Shown here piece after piece: positions 13,626-28,584 of a stretch of DNA of 64,000 nucleotides; position 1 is the first letter of the stretch; the number at the start of each line of letters is the position of its first letter. The notes below the pieces were generated by a model. That model did not search any database. It was given only the letters and a program-made list of their open reading frames with translations, and had not been told where the DNA came from. Source of the stretch: Octopus sinensis (lineage: Eukaryota); NCBI RefSeq assembly GCF_006345805.1, contig NW_021834370.1, forward strand, positions 14,456 to 78,455. The letters run 5' to 3'. A program made the translations under genes and the position numbers.

Positions 13626-15513
13626 AGCTATGTATGTATTTATATATGCATAATGTGTATGCAGGGTCTCTGTCTGAAGAATTTCTCATAGCAAATGTCT
13701 TGCATGTTTACTATGTAGAACTCCGTTGCTCTTATTAGCAAAAGAAATACGTGTATTGGTGAATAGATAATGTGAAAAAATTTTCCAATCTCCTGTTTTG
13801 CTATATATATGTGCATGTATGTATATATACGATATATATGTGTATATGTGTGTGTATATATTGGGTCATTCCATAAATAATGCTGTTTTTTCAATTGCAT
13901 GAACTAAACGTGAGAGGGGGACAGGATAAACTACTTGCATCAACTTACTATAAAAGCAGGTAGTCATTTTACTTTGTACTTATTCTTAGTGCAAGTTATG
14001 AAGAGTGCAGTTCGATTTCAACAGTTATTTTTTGAAAGCTGTAATGGAAGTGACAAAGGACGATATTTGGCATATTTTGCTTTGTGAGTTCAATAAAGGC
14101 AATTATGCAATGGAAAGTGTAAGGAATATTGTATTAATATATGGGGATCGGACAATAGGTGTAAGCCAGTGTCGATGGTGGTTTCAGAAATTGCAAGCCA
14201 GAAGCTACAGCCTTAGAAGATGAGCCTTGTCCTGGAAGACCTGTAGAGCTCAATGAGGATGTTCTGCAAACCCTGGTGGAACAAAATCCCATGGTAACTG
14301 TTGAGGAACTATCAGAGAAGCTGGGATTTGGTCATTCAACCAGTCATTCAAGTCAGTAAAGGGTAAAGACCCCCTTCGGTCATGAATGACCATGGGATTG
14401 CACCTAGAAAGTTACTCTTCTAGACACAAGTCCGGGCAAGGTTGTTTATGGAAGACCAGCAGTCGCCCATGCATACCAGCCTCCCCTACTCCACGCCACC
14501 AGTGTTATCCAAGGGAAAGACAAAGGTCGTTACAGTTTGGCACCAGTGACGTCGCAACTCATTTCTACAGCTGAGTGAACTGGAGCAACGTGAAAATAAA
14601 GTGCTTTGCTCAAGAACACAACACGCAGCCCGGTCCGGGATTCGAGCTCACAACCTCACGATCGTAAGCTCAACGCTCTAACCACTGAGCCATCAAAAGA
14701 AAAATGACCATCTTTGGTTTGAAGACGAAAGGTGGTCATCCATCAGGACAATGCTTGACCACATACAGCGAGGACGACTTCCTCAAGGCTGGAGCAGTTT
14801 GAATGGGAAACGATGACCCACCCACCATATTCGCTGGACATTGCCCCATCTCTTTATCATTTATTCCACTGTCTTCAAAATCATTTGGACAGAAAAAATT
14901 ATGAATTCTGTAGACGTGCTCAGAACAGTACTGGAAGAGTATTTTTCATCACAAACAAGTGAATTTTGGAAGAGGGACCTTGCAAGTCTACCAGAGAGAT
15001 GGGAGAGCATTGTAGAAAATGAAGGAGAGTAAATTTTAGATTGAAAAAGAACTTTATCTTAATTTTGAAAAATAAAAGAATTATTAAAAAAATAGCATTC
15101 TTTATGGGTTGACCCAATATCTATATGTATATAAACACACATACAATAATTCAGGTGGCCATTAAGCATCTAAGCAGTATATAAAATCTTTATTTTGTTA
15201 CGTTGTTACGAATTTGTTTGCATACATTTTTAATACGATTTTGTGTATTTTCTTGTGAACGTCTTTTCACTTACATACAACACATACATACGTATTCACG
15301 CACACATACATTCATACACACACACACACATACGTACATACACACACATATTCATACACACATACAAACGTGCATACACATACACATACATACATATATA
15401 TACATTGAATCCACTACAAGTTAACACAGGATCTCCTAACGGCAATGTGAATTTTATGCAATCAAGATATCTGTTTTCCCAGGAATGAAAGGGTATGTTG
15501 CATCAATTCAGAT

Positions 15514-15555
<42 letters not shown>

Positions 15556-18500
15556 TGCATATCTATCTATCTATCTATCTATATATATATATATATATAC
15601 ACAGTCAAAAATTGTGAAGCATGACTGTCACCACTACTACATGAACCTGAAGATTGCAGAATTTAATGCATGAAAGTACTAGTTCAATCAGAATGAACAT
15701 TTAACATTCTACTATTTTATTTTATTATATTATATTATATTATCTTATATTATATCATTATAAGATTGTAAATAAAACATGAAAATCAGACAAGGTTGGA
15801 ATTCCTTTTATTAATATATTCTTCTATACACAATCACACACACCCATATATATATCTATATATATATATATATATATACATGTGGAGGTGCAATGGCCCA
15901 GTGGTTAGGGCAGCAGACTCGCGGTCGTAGGATCACGGTTTCGATTCCCAGACCGGGCGTTGTGAGTGTTTATTGAGCGAAAACACCTAAAAAGCTCCAC
16001 GAGGCCCCGGCAGGGGATGGTGGTGATCCCTGCTGTACTCTTTCACCACAACTTTCTCTCACTCTTACTTCCTGTTTCTGTTGTACCTGTATTTCAAAGG
16101 GCCGGCCTTGTCACTCTCTGTGTCACGCTGAATATCCCCGAGAACTACGTTAAGGGTGCACGTGTCTGTGGAGTGCTCAGCCACTTACACGTTAATTTCA
16201 CGAGCAGGCTGTTCCGTTGATCGGATCAACCGGAACCTTCATCATCATAACCGACGGAGTGCTTCCATATATATACATATACATATATATGCATATCTAT
16301 CTATCTATATATATATATATATACATATATATACGTTTGCCGTTTCTTTTTTTCTCCACCAGATGGCACAATCTTACCCTGGTACATCAGGGTCCTGTGA
16401 TGTATGTTCATCTCGATGACAAAACTGTACAGAAGACAGTACAGAACTACCTCAACCTTGATCCCCACGTCTACTTTGGAGGAGGGAAAAACTTCGTCAA
16501 GACCAAAGGTATGTTAACAATTAATTACGTTAATTGGCACCTGGATTGGCTGAGCACCAATCAGAATACTAAGACAGAATGACTTGCGTTATTTATTTGT
16601 AATTGTTTGAGTTTGTTTTGTTTTTGTTTTATCCTCTCCACTGTCTCAGAAGGTCAGATGAAACTGCCCCTGGGCTCTGTAGTACAAACGTCTTGTTTTC
16701 ACCAAATCTTAGTCGCAATTTATGTTCCTAACACTAGCTTTATGATAACAAAGTTATTTTACTAAATTCTTTGATATATTTAAAGTAATTGGAAGAAACA
16801 GAGCATCTCGACAGAAATAGGGTAACAAAAGGGTTAAGAAGAAAAATAATCAGCAGAAGACATGAAAGGAGACCTCAAAGTGGTCCCTCTATATGCTAGA
16901 AATAACAGCCTAAATTTCCTGCAAGCCACACTCTTCCAACTGCTTCTAATCTCCATCTGCCCAAATGTGGAGATGTGTACCCTTTTGATACCAACCTGGC
17001 TAAAACCACCTCTGGCTCTTTAGTACAAATGTCTTGTTTACATAAGTTTTGAATGAAAATCTTCCACCAAATCTTAGTCGCAATTTATGTTCCTAACACT
17101 AGCTTTATGATAACAAACTTATTTTACTAAATTCTTTGTTATATTTAAAGTAATTGATAGAAGCACAGAGCATCTCAACAGAAATATGGTAACAAAAGGG
17201 TTAAGAAGAAAAATATTCCGTAGAAGAAATGGGGGAAGGAGACCTCAATGTGGTCCCTCTATATGCTAGAAATAATAGCCTAAATATAGTAAGAAGAGGG
17301 TTAAGAAGAAGAATAATCAGCAGAAGAAATGAGGGAAGGAGACCTCAATGTGGTAACTCTATATGCTAGAAATAATAGCCTAAATATGGTAACAAAAGGG
17401 TTAAGAAAAAAAATAATGAGCAGAAGAAATGAGGGAAGGAGACCTCAATGTGGTCCCTCTATATGCTAAATAATAGCCTAAATATGGTAACAAAAGGGTT
17501 AAGAAAAAAAATAATGAGCAGAAGAAATGAGGAAGGAGACCTCAATGTGGTCCCTCTATATGCTAGAAATAATAGCCTAAATATGGTAACAAAGGGTTAA
17601 GAAGAAAAATAATGAGCAGAAGAAATGAGGGAAGGAGACCTCAATGTGTCCCTCTATATGCTAGAAATAATAGCCTAAATATGGTAACAAAAGGTTAAGA
17701 AGAAAAAAAATAATGAGCAGAAGAAATGAGGGAAGGAGACCTCAATGTGGTCCCTCTAATATGCTAGAATAATAGCCTAAATATGGTAACAAAAGGGTTA
17801 AGAAGAAAAATAATGAGCAGAAGAAATGAGGAAGGAAGACCAATGTGTGTCCCTCTATATGCTAGAATAATAGCCTAATATGGTAACAAAAGGGTTAAGA
17901 AGAAAAATAATGAGCAGAAGAAATGAGGGAAGGAGACCTCAATGTGGTCCCTCTATATGCTAGAAATAATAGCCTAAATATGGTAACAAAAGGGTTAAGA
18001 AGAAAAATAATGAGCAGAAGAAATGAGGGAAGGAGACCTCAATGTGGTCCCTCTATATGCTAGAAATAATAGCCTAAATATGGTAACAAAAGGGTTAAGA
18101 AGAAAAATAATCAGCAGAAGACATGAGAGAAGGAGACGTCAATGTGGTAACTCTATATGCTAGAAATAACAGCCTAAATATGGTAACAAAAGGGTTAAGA
18201 AGAAAAATAATGAGCAGAAGAAATAGGGAAAGGAGACCTCATGTGGTCCCTCTATATGCTAGAAATAATAGCCTAAATATGGTAACAAAAGGGTTAAGAA
18301 GAAAAATAATCAGCAGAAGACATGAGAGAAGGAGACGTCAATGTGGTAACTCTATATGCTAGAAATAATAGCCTAAATATGGTAACAAAAGGGTTAAGAA
18401 GAAAAATAATGAGCAGAAGAAATGAGGGAAGGAGACCTCAATGTGTCCCTCTATATGCTAGAATAATAGCCTAAATATGGTAACAAAAGGGTTAAAGAAA

Positions 18501-21500
18501 ATATATCAGCAGAAGACATGAGAGAAGGAGACCTCAATGTGGTCCCTCTATATGCTAGAAATAATAGCCTAAATATGGTAACAAAAGGGTTAAGAAGAAA
18601 AATAATCAGCAGAAGACATGAGAGAAGGAGACCTCAATGTGGTCACTCTATATGCTAGAAATAATAGCCTAAATATGGTAACAAAAGGGTTAAGAAGAAA
18701 AATAATCAGCAGAAGACATGAGAGAAGGAGACCTCAATGTGGTAACTCTATATGCTAGAAATAACAGCCTAAATATGGTAACAAAAGGGTTAAGAAGAAA
18801 AATAATGAGCAGAAGAAATGAGAGAAGGAGACCTCAATGTGGTCCCTCTATATGCTAGAAATAATAGCCTAAATATGGTAACAAAAGGGTTAAGAAGAAA
18901 AATAATGAGCAGAAGAAATGAGGGAAGGAGACCTCAATGTGGTCCCTCTATATGCTAGAAATAATAGCCTAAATATGGTAACAAAAGGGTTAAGAAGAAA
19001 AATAATGAGCAGAAGAAATGAGGGAAGGAGACCTCAATGTGGTCCCTCTATATGCTAGAAATAATAGCCTAAATATGGTAACAAAAGGGTTAAGAAGAAA
19101 AATAATGAGCAGAAGAAATGAGGGAAGGAGACCTCAATGTGGTCCCTCTATATGCTAGAAAAAAATAGCCTAAATATGGTAACAAAAGGGTTAAGAAGAA
19201 AAATAATGAGCAGAAGACATGAGGGAAGGAGACCTCAATGTGGTCCCTCTATATGCTAGAAATAATAGCCTAAATATGGTAACAAAAGGGTTAAGAAGAA
19301 AAATAATCAGCAGAAGACATGAGAGAAGGAGACGTCAATGTGGTAACTCTATATGCTAGAAATAACAGCCTAAATATGGTAACAAAAGGGTTAAGAAGAA
19401 AAATAATGAGCAGAAGAAATGAGGGAAGGAGACCTCAATGTGGTCCCTCTATATGCTAGAAATAATAGCCTAAATATGGTAACAAAAGGGTTAAGAAGAA
19501 AAATAATGAACAGAAGACATGAGGGAAGGAGACCTCAATGTGGTCCCTCTATATGCTAGAAATAACAGCCTAAATATGGTAACAAAAGGGTAAGAAGAAA
19601 AATAATGAGCAGAAGGGACATGAGGGAAGGAGACCTCAATGTGGTCACCTCTATATGCTAGAAATAATAGCCTAATATGGTACAAAAGGGTTAGAAGAAA
19701 AATAAGAGCAGAAGAAATGAGGGAAGGAGACCTCAATGTGGTCCTCTATATGCTAGAAATAATAGCCTAAATATGGTAACAAAAGGGTTAAGAAGAAAAA
19801 TAATCAGCAGAAGACATGAGAGAAGGAGACCTCAATGTGGTCACTCTATATGCTAGAAATAACAGCCTAAATATGTAACAAAAGGGTTAAGAAGAAAAAT
19901 AATGAGCAGAAGAAATGAGGGATAGGAGACCTCAATGTGGCCCTCTATATGCTAGAAATAATAGCCTAAATATGTAACAAAAGGGAGAAGAAAAATAATC
20001 AGCAGAAGACACGAGAGAAGAGACCTCAATGTGGGCACTCTATATGCTAGAAATAACAGCCTAAATATGGTAACAAAAGGGTTAAGAGAAAAATAATGAG
20101 CAGAAGAAATGAGGGAAGGAGACCTCAATGTGGTCCCTCTATATGCTAGAAATAATAGCCTATATATGGTAACAAAAGGGTAAGAGAGAAAAAATAATCA
20201 GCAGAGAAGACATGAGAGAAGGAGACCTCAATGTGGTCACTCATATGCTAGAAATAACAGCCTAAATATGGTAACAAAAGGGTTAAGAGAAAAATATGAG
20301 CAGAAGAAATGAGGGAAGGAGACTCAATGGGCCCTCCCCTAGAGCTAGAAATAATAGCCTAAATATGGTAACAAACGGGTTAAGAGAAAAAAATAATCAG
20401 CAGAAGACATGAGAGAAGGAGACCTCAATGTGGTCACTCTATATGCTAGAAATAACAGCCTAAATATGGTAACAAAAGGGTTAAGAAGAAAAATAATGAG
20501 CAGAAGAAATGAGGGAAGGAGACCTCAATGTGGTCCCTCTATATGCTAGAAATAATAGCCTAAATATGGTAACAAAAGGGTTAAGAAAAAAAATAATCGG
20601 CAGAAGACATGCTAGAAATAAAAGAAAAACAAAGAAAAGAATACGTAGGCACGTATACATTCACCCACATGTGCACACACACACACACACACACACACAC
20701 ACCACACACACACACACACATATCGTTTTTCTATGATTTTCTTTTTTCTTTTTGTTTTTGCTCGTTGCAGGTCTGGAGGTAACGCAGAACTTCATCGGAT
20801 GTCTCCGGAACATCTACTTCAATGACAAATCAATCCTTTACGACTTGCGATATGGCAAGGGATCCACCCAGTACCACGGTGGAACAGCTGTCAGTTACGG
20901 CTGTAATTCAATCCGGAACATTCCGTTGTCTTTCCCTCGTGTCGGCACCATGCTGACCCTAGAGAACCCTGTTAAGGATGATCTGGACATACAGCTGGAG
21001 TTCAGAACCATAAAGGATACTGCCGTCCTTCTCTATGCCACCCTCTCAACATTCAACAGCCTTGAGGGTCATGATATCGGCACCTTACAGGTTAGTTTAC
21101 CTACAGCACACCTTTTGACTAATTTCTTTTTTATTTCTTTCTGTTGGCGTATGTTGACAAGGGGCAATAATCTCGAAACTGCAGTCCATGCGTATCACTA
21201 AGGTTTTCGAGAGGGGATGACCTCCCTTTGCGAATATTATAAGAGCACAGGAATTGTGTCTAAAGCCAGCTGGAGACAATGATCTCCTGGGGCTAAAAAG
21301 CTACAGTAACACCCACCCCTAGTGGTTAGCCATATTGAGATGGCTAGTATACTTTACATTGTTAAATCGTAATCGTCCATAAATCGTTGTTAAATCATAA
21401 TCGGCCAGGAGCGGCTGTGTGGTAAGTAGCTTGCTAACCAACCACATGGTTCCGGGTTCAGTCCCACTGCGTGGCATCTTGAGCAAGTGTCTTCTGCTAT

Positions 21501-22197
21501 AGCCCCGGGCCGACCAATGCCTTGTGAGTGGATTTGGTAGATGGAAACTGAAAGAAGCCCGTCGAATATACGTATATATATATGCATGTGTGTCTGTGTT
21601 TGTCCCCCTAGCATTGCTTGACAACCGATGCTGGTGTGTTTATGTCCCCGTCACTTAGCGGTTCGGCAAAAGAGACCGATAGAATAAGTACTGGGCTTAC
21701 AAAAGAATAAGTCCCGGGGTCGATTTGCTCGACTAAAGGCGGTGCTCCAGCATGGCCACAGTCAAATGACTGAAACAAGTAAAAAAAAACAGGCTTGTCT
21801 TTTACAGGTTTCATTGCCCACATAAAATGCACTCAAACCGGTGCTGTTTGCATGCACCCATGCCTGTGGCCCATAAAATGCACCCAGTACACCCTGTGAA
21901 GTGGTTGCCATTAGGAAGGGCATCCAGCTGTAGACAATGTATAGTGTGTGTACATCATCATCTTCATCATCTTCATCGTCATTTAATGTCCACTTTACCT
22001 TGCTTGCATTGGTCAGATGGTTTTCTGTGGCCAGATGCTCTCCCTGTCACCAACCCTCACCGGTTTCCAAGCAAAATGATATTTCCCCACGGCCAGACAT
22101 GTTCTCAGAGAATAACAGAAATGAATGACACTGCTTGTATGACAGGGAAAATCATTTACAGCTATGACAGGGAAAATCATTTACAGTCAAGGAAAGG

Positions 22198-22237
<40 letters not shown>

Positions 22238-24344
22238 ACACACACATACACACACATACACACACATGCACACATACATACACACACACATACATACACA
22301 CACACATACACACATATACACACACATACACACACATACACACACATACACACACATACACACACACATATACACACACAGATGCACATACACACACATA
22401 TAAACACAAATACACACACACATGAACACGCACATACACCACACATATATACACACAAACACACACATATACACACACACACATACACACACACATACAC
22501 ACATACACACACACACACACACACACTCGGGTACATTCTCGACTTACTGCTCACCAAAATCGATTGTCATTTATTTTTTTTCTTCCTCAATAAACAAACT
22601 AATTAATCGTCAGAGTTAATTAGCTAACTATTAATTAACTTTCTTTTATTCAGTTTATTGAAATCTTGTTCGTTTCTTCAGGTGTTGCTGTCCGATGGTC
22701 ATCCAGAGTTGGTGTTTGTCCCCTTACGCAAGAAACAAAACATCACACAGACCATCACCTTTGACCACCATGTCAACGATAACCTCTGGCATTCCTTGAA
22801 TCTCACTTTCAGAAACAGGTAAGATTTTACAGGGAGGGGGGGTCTGCTTGGGTGTGTATAGGGGGGTGTCTTGACTGGAATCACTCCGTTCCATTTTAGT
22901 TATGCAAAGAATAAATAAAGCATTGAACAGTTACAGTAAATAAGTAAAGTCTCCTACAGCTGTTTCTTGAATACCTGACCTAGTGGATCATGTTAATGGG
23001 CAATTCTTGCTTAGTTTGAAGCTTTGCCTGATAATTCGATAATCTGACCATCCTGAAAAACCTGGAAGCATGTGGTTTATTGTCACACTAACAAGGATGT
23101 CACACTAACAAGCATATGATTGCAATTCAATTCCTGGATGAGACTCTTATCTTCATCATCATCATTTAGCATCCGATGTCCATGCTGGCATGGGTTTGAT
23201 GGTTTGACCAGGGCTGGTAAGCTGAGAGGGCTGCACCAGGTTCCAGTCTGATCTGGTATGCTTTCTACAGCTGGATGCCCTTCCTAATGCCCAACCACTC
23301 CAAGAATGTAATGGGTGCTTTGATGTGCCACCAGCACAGGTGCCATTTGTATAACACCAGCATCTGCCATGACTCTGATTTCACTTAGCTTGATGGGCCT
23401 TTTTTCTCAAGCACAGCATATTGCAAAAGGTTCAGTCATTTGTCATTGCCTCTGTGAGGCTCAAAAGGGGCTTTTTACATGCCACCGGCATGGGTGCTAA
23501 TTATGCAAAACCTGCATCATCCACATTGCCCCCTGAAGGCCCAACACTCAAAACGTGCTTTTATGAGCCACCAACAAAGGGGCCTGACCACAATTTCACT
23601 TGGGTTTATGGATCTTCTTCTCAAACACAGCATATCACCAAAGGTCTCAGTCACAATGTGCTGTGTTCTTGAGCAAGACACTTCATTTCTCATTGCTCCA
23701 GAACCCACTTAGTTGGCAGAAATGAGTGATCCTGACCAGTTTCCAAGTAAGGTTATTTTTACTCCTTGGCCAACATGTTTTCACAGAATATCAGTAATGG
23801 ATGACACTGCAGGTATGACAAGGATACTCATTTATGCAATCACATGAATGACTTCGTTAATTCATTAATTATGGAATTGCCTAATACAGTTGTCTTCTAT
23901 TCAAACTCACGACTATTAATATTCCCATCAAAGGTTCTGTCTTTCTTTTACTGTTTTAACTCAATCTCTCTGATGACAGGATTCTTCGATTACGTGAATT
24001 CATTACCCATTAACATGATCCACTGGGTCAGGTATTCAAGAAACAGCTGTAGGAGACTTTACTTATCTACTGTAAATGTTCAATGCTTTATTTATTCTTT
24101 ATCATGAAGTGAATCTCCTCAAGTAACACCAAATGATTTACTTGTCCTCTTCCATTTTTGACCTATCATACTTCCCACCTGCTCCGAATCACGTACCGCT
24201 TCTAGCCACCTCAGGTAGACTATTCCAATACCTCATTCCCATTTGCACTTCAAGCCAGAGGCTGAGTTGTAAACTGATCTGGGCACTCACTGCACATATC
24301 TGTTAACAAATGTCAATCAACATACATTCCTTGCATCTCCTACA

Positions 24345-24423
<79 letters not shown>

Positions 24424-26100
24424 GATTAATGATATCACTGCTCATGAAACACATACCCTTTTACTTGTTTCAGTCAGTTGACTGTGGCCATGCTGGAGCA
24501 CCGCCTTTAATCGAGCAACTCGACCCCGGGACTTATTCTTTTGTAAGCCCAGTACTTATTCTATCAGTCTCTTTTGCCAAACCGCTAAATAACGGGGACG
24601 TAAACACACCAGCATCGGTTGCCAAGCAATGCTAGGGGGACAAACACAGACACACAAACACACACACGCATATATATACAACCCCGGGACTTATTCTTTT
24701 GTAAGCCCAGTACTTATTCTATCGGTCTCTTTTTGCCGAACCGCTAAGTAACGGGGACGTAAACACACCAGCATCAGTTGTCAAGCAATGCTAGGGGGAC
24801 AAACACAGACACACAAACACACACACGTATATATATATATATATTATATATATATATATATATCATATATACGACGGGCTTCTGTCAGTTTCCGTCTACC
24901 AATCCACTCACAAGGCTTTGGTCGGCCCGAGGCTATAGTAGAAGACACTTGGCCAAGGTGCCACGCAGTGGGACTGAACCCGGAACCATGTGGTTGGTAA
25001 ACAAGCTACTTACCACACAGCCACTCCTGCGCTTATGATGTAAATTAATGAACAAACTAAAAAAGAAACTAGAAAATGCACTCTGAGAGCGCAGACCTCT
25101 GGCAAGCAGCTCATTTTAGGATAGATACACGAGTAAAATTACTAACAGAGAAATCGAAATATACTTTGGAAACAGCAACGCCACCATAGGTTAAGTGGAA
25201 ATGATGAAGGTGTTTCCAAGGGAGATAATCAAAGAACATAACATTGTGATACTTAGTGTAAAGCAAATATAATAAAGGAAAAACCCTTCAAGAATCCATA
25301 AAAATTCCTGGATCATTACCAAAATTTCATCATCTGTTCCTTGTGTCATTACCAACTTTTCCTGCAAGTTTCATCAAATACCGTTCACAACCTTTTGAGT
25401 TATTTTGCACACAGACAGACAAACCAATGCGGCGGTAACAAGCAATAAAACGATGCAGAAATCATTTGAAAAGTTTAAGGTTCTGTATTCCCACTTCTGT
25501 TGTTTTAATCTGTTCACAGGGTCCCTTCTTTGACCATTGATGGGGTCACGTTGAATGCTGTGCCTTATGATTATCAGAAGGTCGAGTTAAAAAGCAACAT
25601 CATAATAGGTTATGATTTCTCAGGTATGTAAATTGTTGTTGTTGTTGTTGTTTAACCCCGGGCCAGTACTTAACAATTTAGATTCAAATGAATAGCAACT
25701 GAACTTCACAACCTCATATGTTCTTAGAATTCAAATCTACATCTTTATCTGTATATTTACCTTCTCTAAAATGTTACTAATTGATTTGAAATTTTTTATA
25801 CTATTGGAAAAGCTATGTAATTGGCTGAAGAGCACTCAACATCTTAAATCTGCCGTAATACTTACAGCTTTAATGAAATGTTGTAGTGCGAAACATTGTA
25901 CCAAATACCAGAGTCATCTTGTTTGCTTATTTTTGATTATTTTTTATTATAAATCCAAATATATATGTATTTATATAAAATATATATATATAATATATAT
26001 CACACACACCACACATATATATATATATATAATATATACATATGTATATAGATGTGTGTGTGTATATATATGTTGCTCTATTTCTTCTCTTATTATATAA

Positions 26101-26136
<36 letters not shown>

Positions 26137-26145
26137 CACATACAA

Positions 26146-26194
<49 letters not shown>

Positions 26195-28541
26195 TCAGAC
26201 TGGAGCCTGGTGCAGCCTCCTAGCTTCCCAGACCCCGGTCGAACTGTCCAACCCATGCTAGCATGGAAAATTAATGTTAAACGATGATGATGATGGTGTT
26301 GATGATGATATATGTTTGTTATATATTTTCATACAGTAAAAATGGGATTTATGGGATGTATCCGGAATGTCTACCTGCAAGACAAAGCGGTTGACCTAAT
26401 CACCATTGTCCAATCGGCAGCAGCCAACGGGCCCCAACTGGACGGCTGTCCCCTCGAAGATTTCTGCCAGAAACGAATGATCTGCGAGCACAACAGCAAG
26501 TGTGTGTCCGACTGGAGGGACATGCATTGCGACTGCTCTGGAACTGGATACGAAGGGGAGACTTGTCACTTTGGTAAGTTCCCTCTTTGTCTGTCTGTGC
26601 GTCTGTCTCTGCAATAGTTAAGGGTGTCATGTGATCGGTCAGTGAGAGATTGTTTTGTGTCTGGTTAGTTGTGTGTACAAGGGGATACCCAAAGGAAGTT
26701 TCTGGTTACTTTTGGGTACACCCTTATGTGTGTCCAGGGTTTGGCATTAAACTGCATCTGTTAGTGAGGCTCCAGCTGGGGAGTTCTGTTGTTGTGTGGG
26801 GTCACCCTTAGATTACCATTTCTTCCAGGACTTTTTCTTTCAATATTATTTTATTCACTTGGTTTTTACATATTTACACTTTTGCCACCTTCAAAATATT
26901 CTCCAATGGATTCAATGCATCTCTTCCAGATGTGTTTTCCACTGTTTGAAGCAATCTGGAATTCTTGCTGAGTGATGCCTTTCAAAGACTGCATCATTTT
27001 TCCCTTCACCTCTTCCGCATCTACAAACTCTGTAGCACCAGCTTTCGTCACCAGCAATGACCAAAAAAGGATCTGGACCAAATCCTAACTCTTCTTTCAA
27101 TTCCCAACACACATTCCCTTGTGAGCAAGCAAGGCGCAAATTTTTCTGCGACTTTTTCCCTTCATAATTCCTCACTCAGAATTCCTTGGCAGGAGTTCCA
27201 GGACACAACAGTTGGTCAATTGTTCGGTGATGGTCCTCCAAGATTAGTTCATGAATTACTACTACTACTACTACTACTACCACCACTTCTACTATTACCA
27301 CTACCACCACCACCATTACTACTACTACAACTACTACTACTACTACTACCACTTCTACTATTACCACTACCACCACCACCATTACTACTACTACTACTAC
27401 CACTACTACTACTACCACCACTACCATTACTACTACTACTACTATTACTACTACCATTTTTACTATTACCACTACCACCACCACCATTACTACTACTACT
27501 ACTACTACCACTTCTACTATTACCACTACCACCACCACCATTACTACTACTACTACATACTACCATTTTTACTATTACTACTACCACCACCACCATTACT
27601 ACTACTACTACTACCACTTCTACTATTACCACTACCACCACCACCATTACTACTACTACTACTACTACCATTTTTACTATTACCACTACCACCACCACCA
27701 TTACTACTACTACTACTACTACCATTTTTACTATTACCACTACCACCACCACCATTACTACTACTACTACTATTACTACTACCATTTTTACTATTACCAC
27801 TACCACCACCACCATTACTACTACTACTACTACCACTTCTACTATTACCACTACCACCACCACCATTACTACTACTACCACTTCTACTATTACCACTACC
27901 ACCACCTCCATTACTACTACTACTACTGCTACCACTTCTACTATTACCACTACCACCACCACCATTACTACTACTATACTACTACTACCACTTCTACTAT
28001 TACCACTACCACCACCTCCATTATACTACTACTACTGCTACACTTCTAAAACTACTTATACCTACCCCCACCACCCAACACCATTACTACTACTACTACT
28101 ACTACCACTTCTACTATTACCACTACCACCACCACCATTACTACTACTACTACTACTACCTCTACCGCTTGTCTCACCATCTGTCTGTTCTCTCCCCAGC
28201 AAAACACCGTCAAAACTGCAACGACTACTACCTGGCCGGAAAGCGCAAGTCTGGCGTCTACCCTGCCGATTTGGACGGCAATGGACCGCTGCCCCCTACG
28301 TACATCACCTGTGACATGCAATCGAAGAAGATGGTCAGTGAACATGAAGCTGTGTATGGCGTGACCATGGTCACGCACAACCTCAACAATAACTACACTG
28401 TACAGTCTGAGAAGTTACCTGATCTCAAAATAACTATTTCATACAGGTGAGCTGCTCTTGTTGTTACTATCTGTCTATCCAGGAGGGATTGAGTTTCACT
28501 TCAGGAAAAGAATATATATATATATACATTCATACGTACAT

Positions 28542-28584
<43 letters not shown>

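Noticed and set aside
15883-15960. tRNA gene
   Set aside because: tRNA-like head continues into a SINE body shared by several copies and has no complete cloverleaf
17201-20620. CRISPR-like regular array
   Set aside because: No unique spacers, eukaryotic context, no cas genes. The same applies to the 62-, 106- and 121-bp arrays.
21827-22606. 259-aa His/Thr-rich ORF
   Set aside because: RTE tail fragments plus (CA)n microsatellite
27121-28450. Long ORFs of 397 and 399 aa (poly-T/L/Y)
   Set aside because: Translation of the ACT/ACC repeat; only 28200-28446 is a real exon
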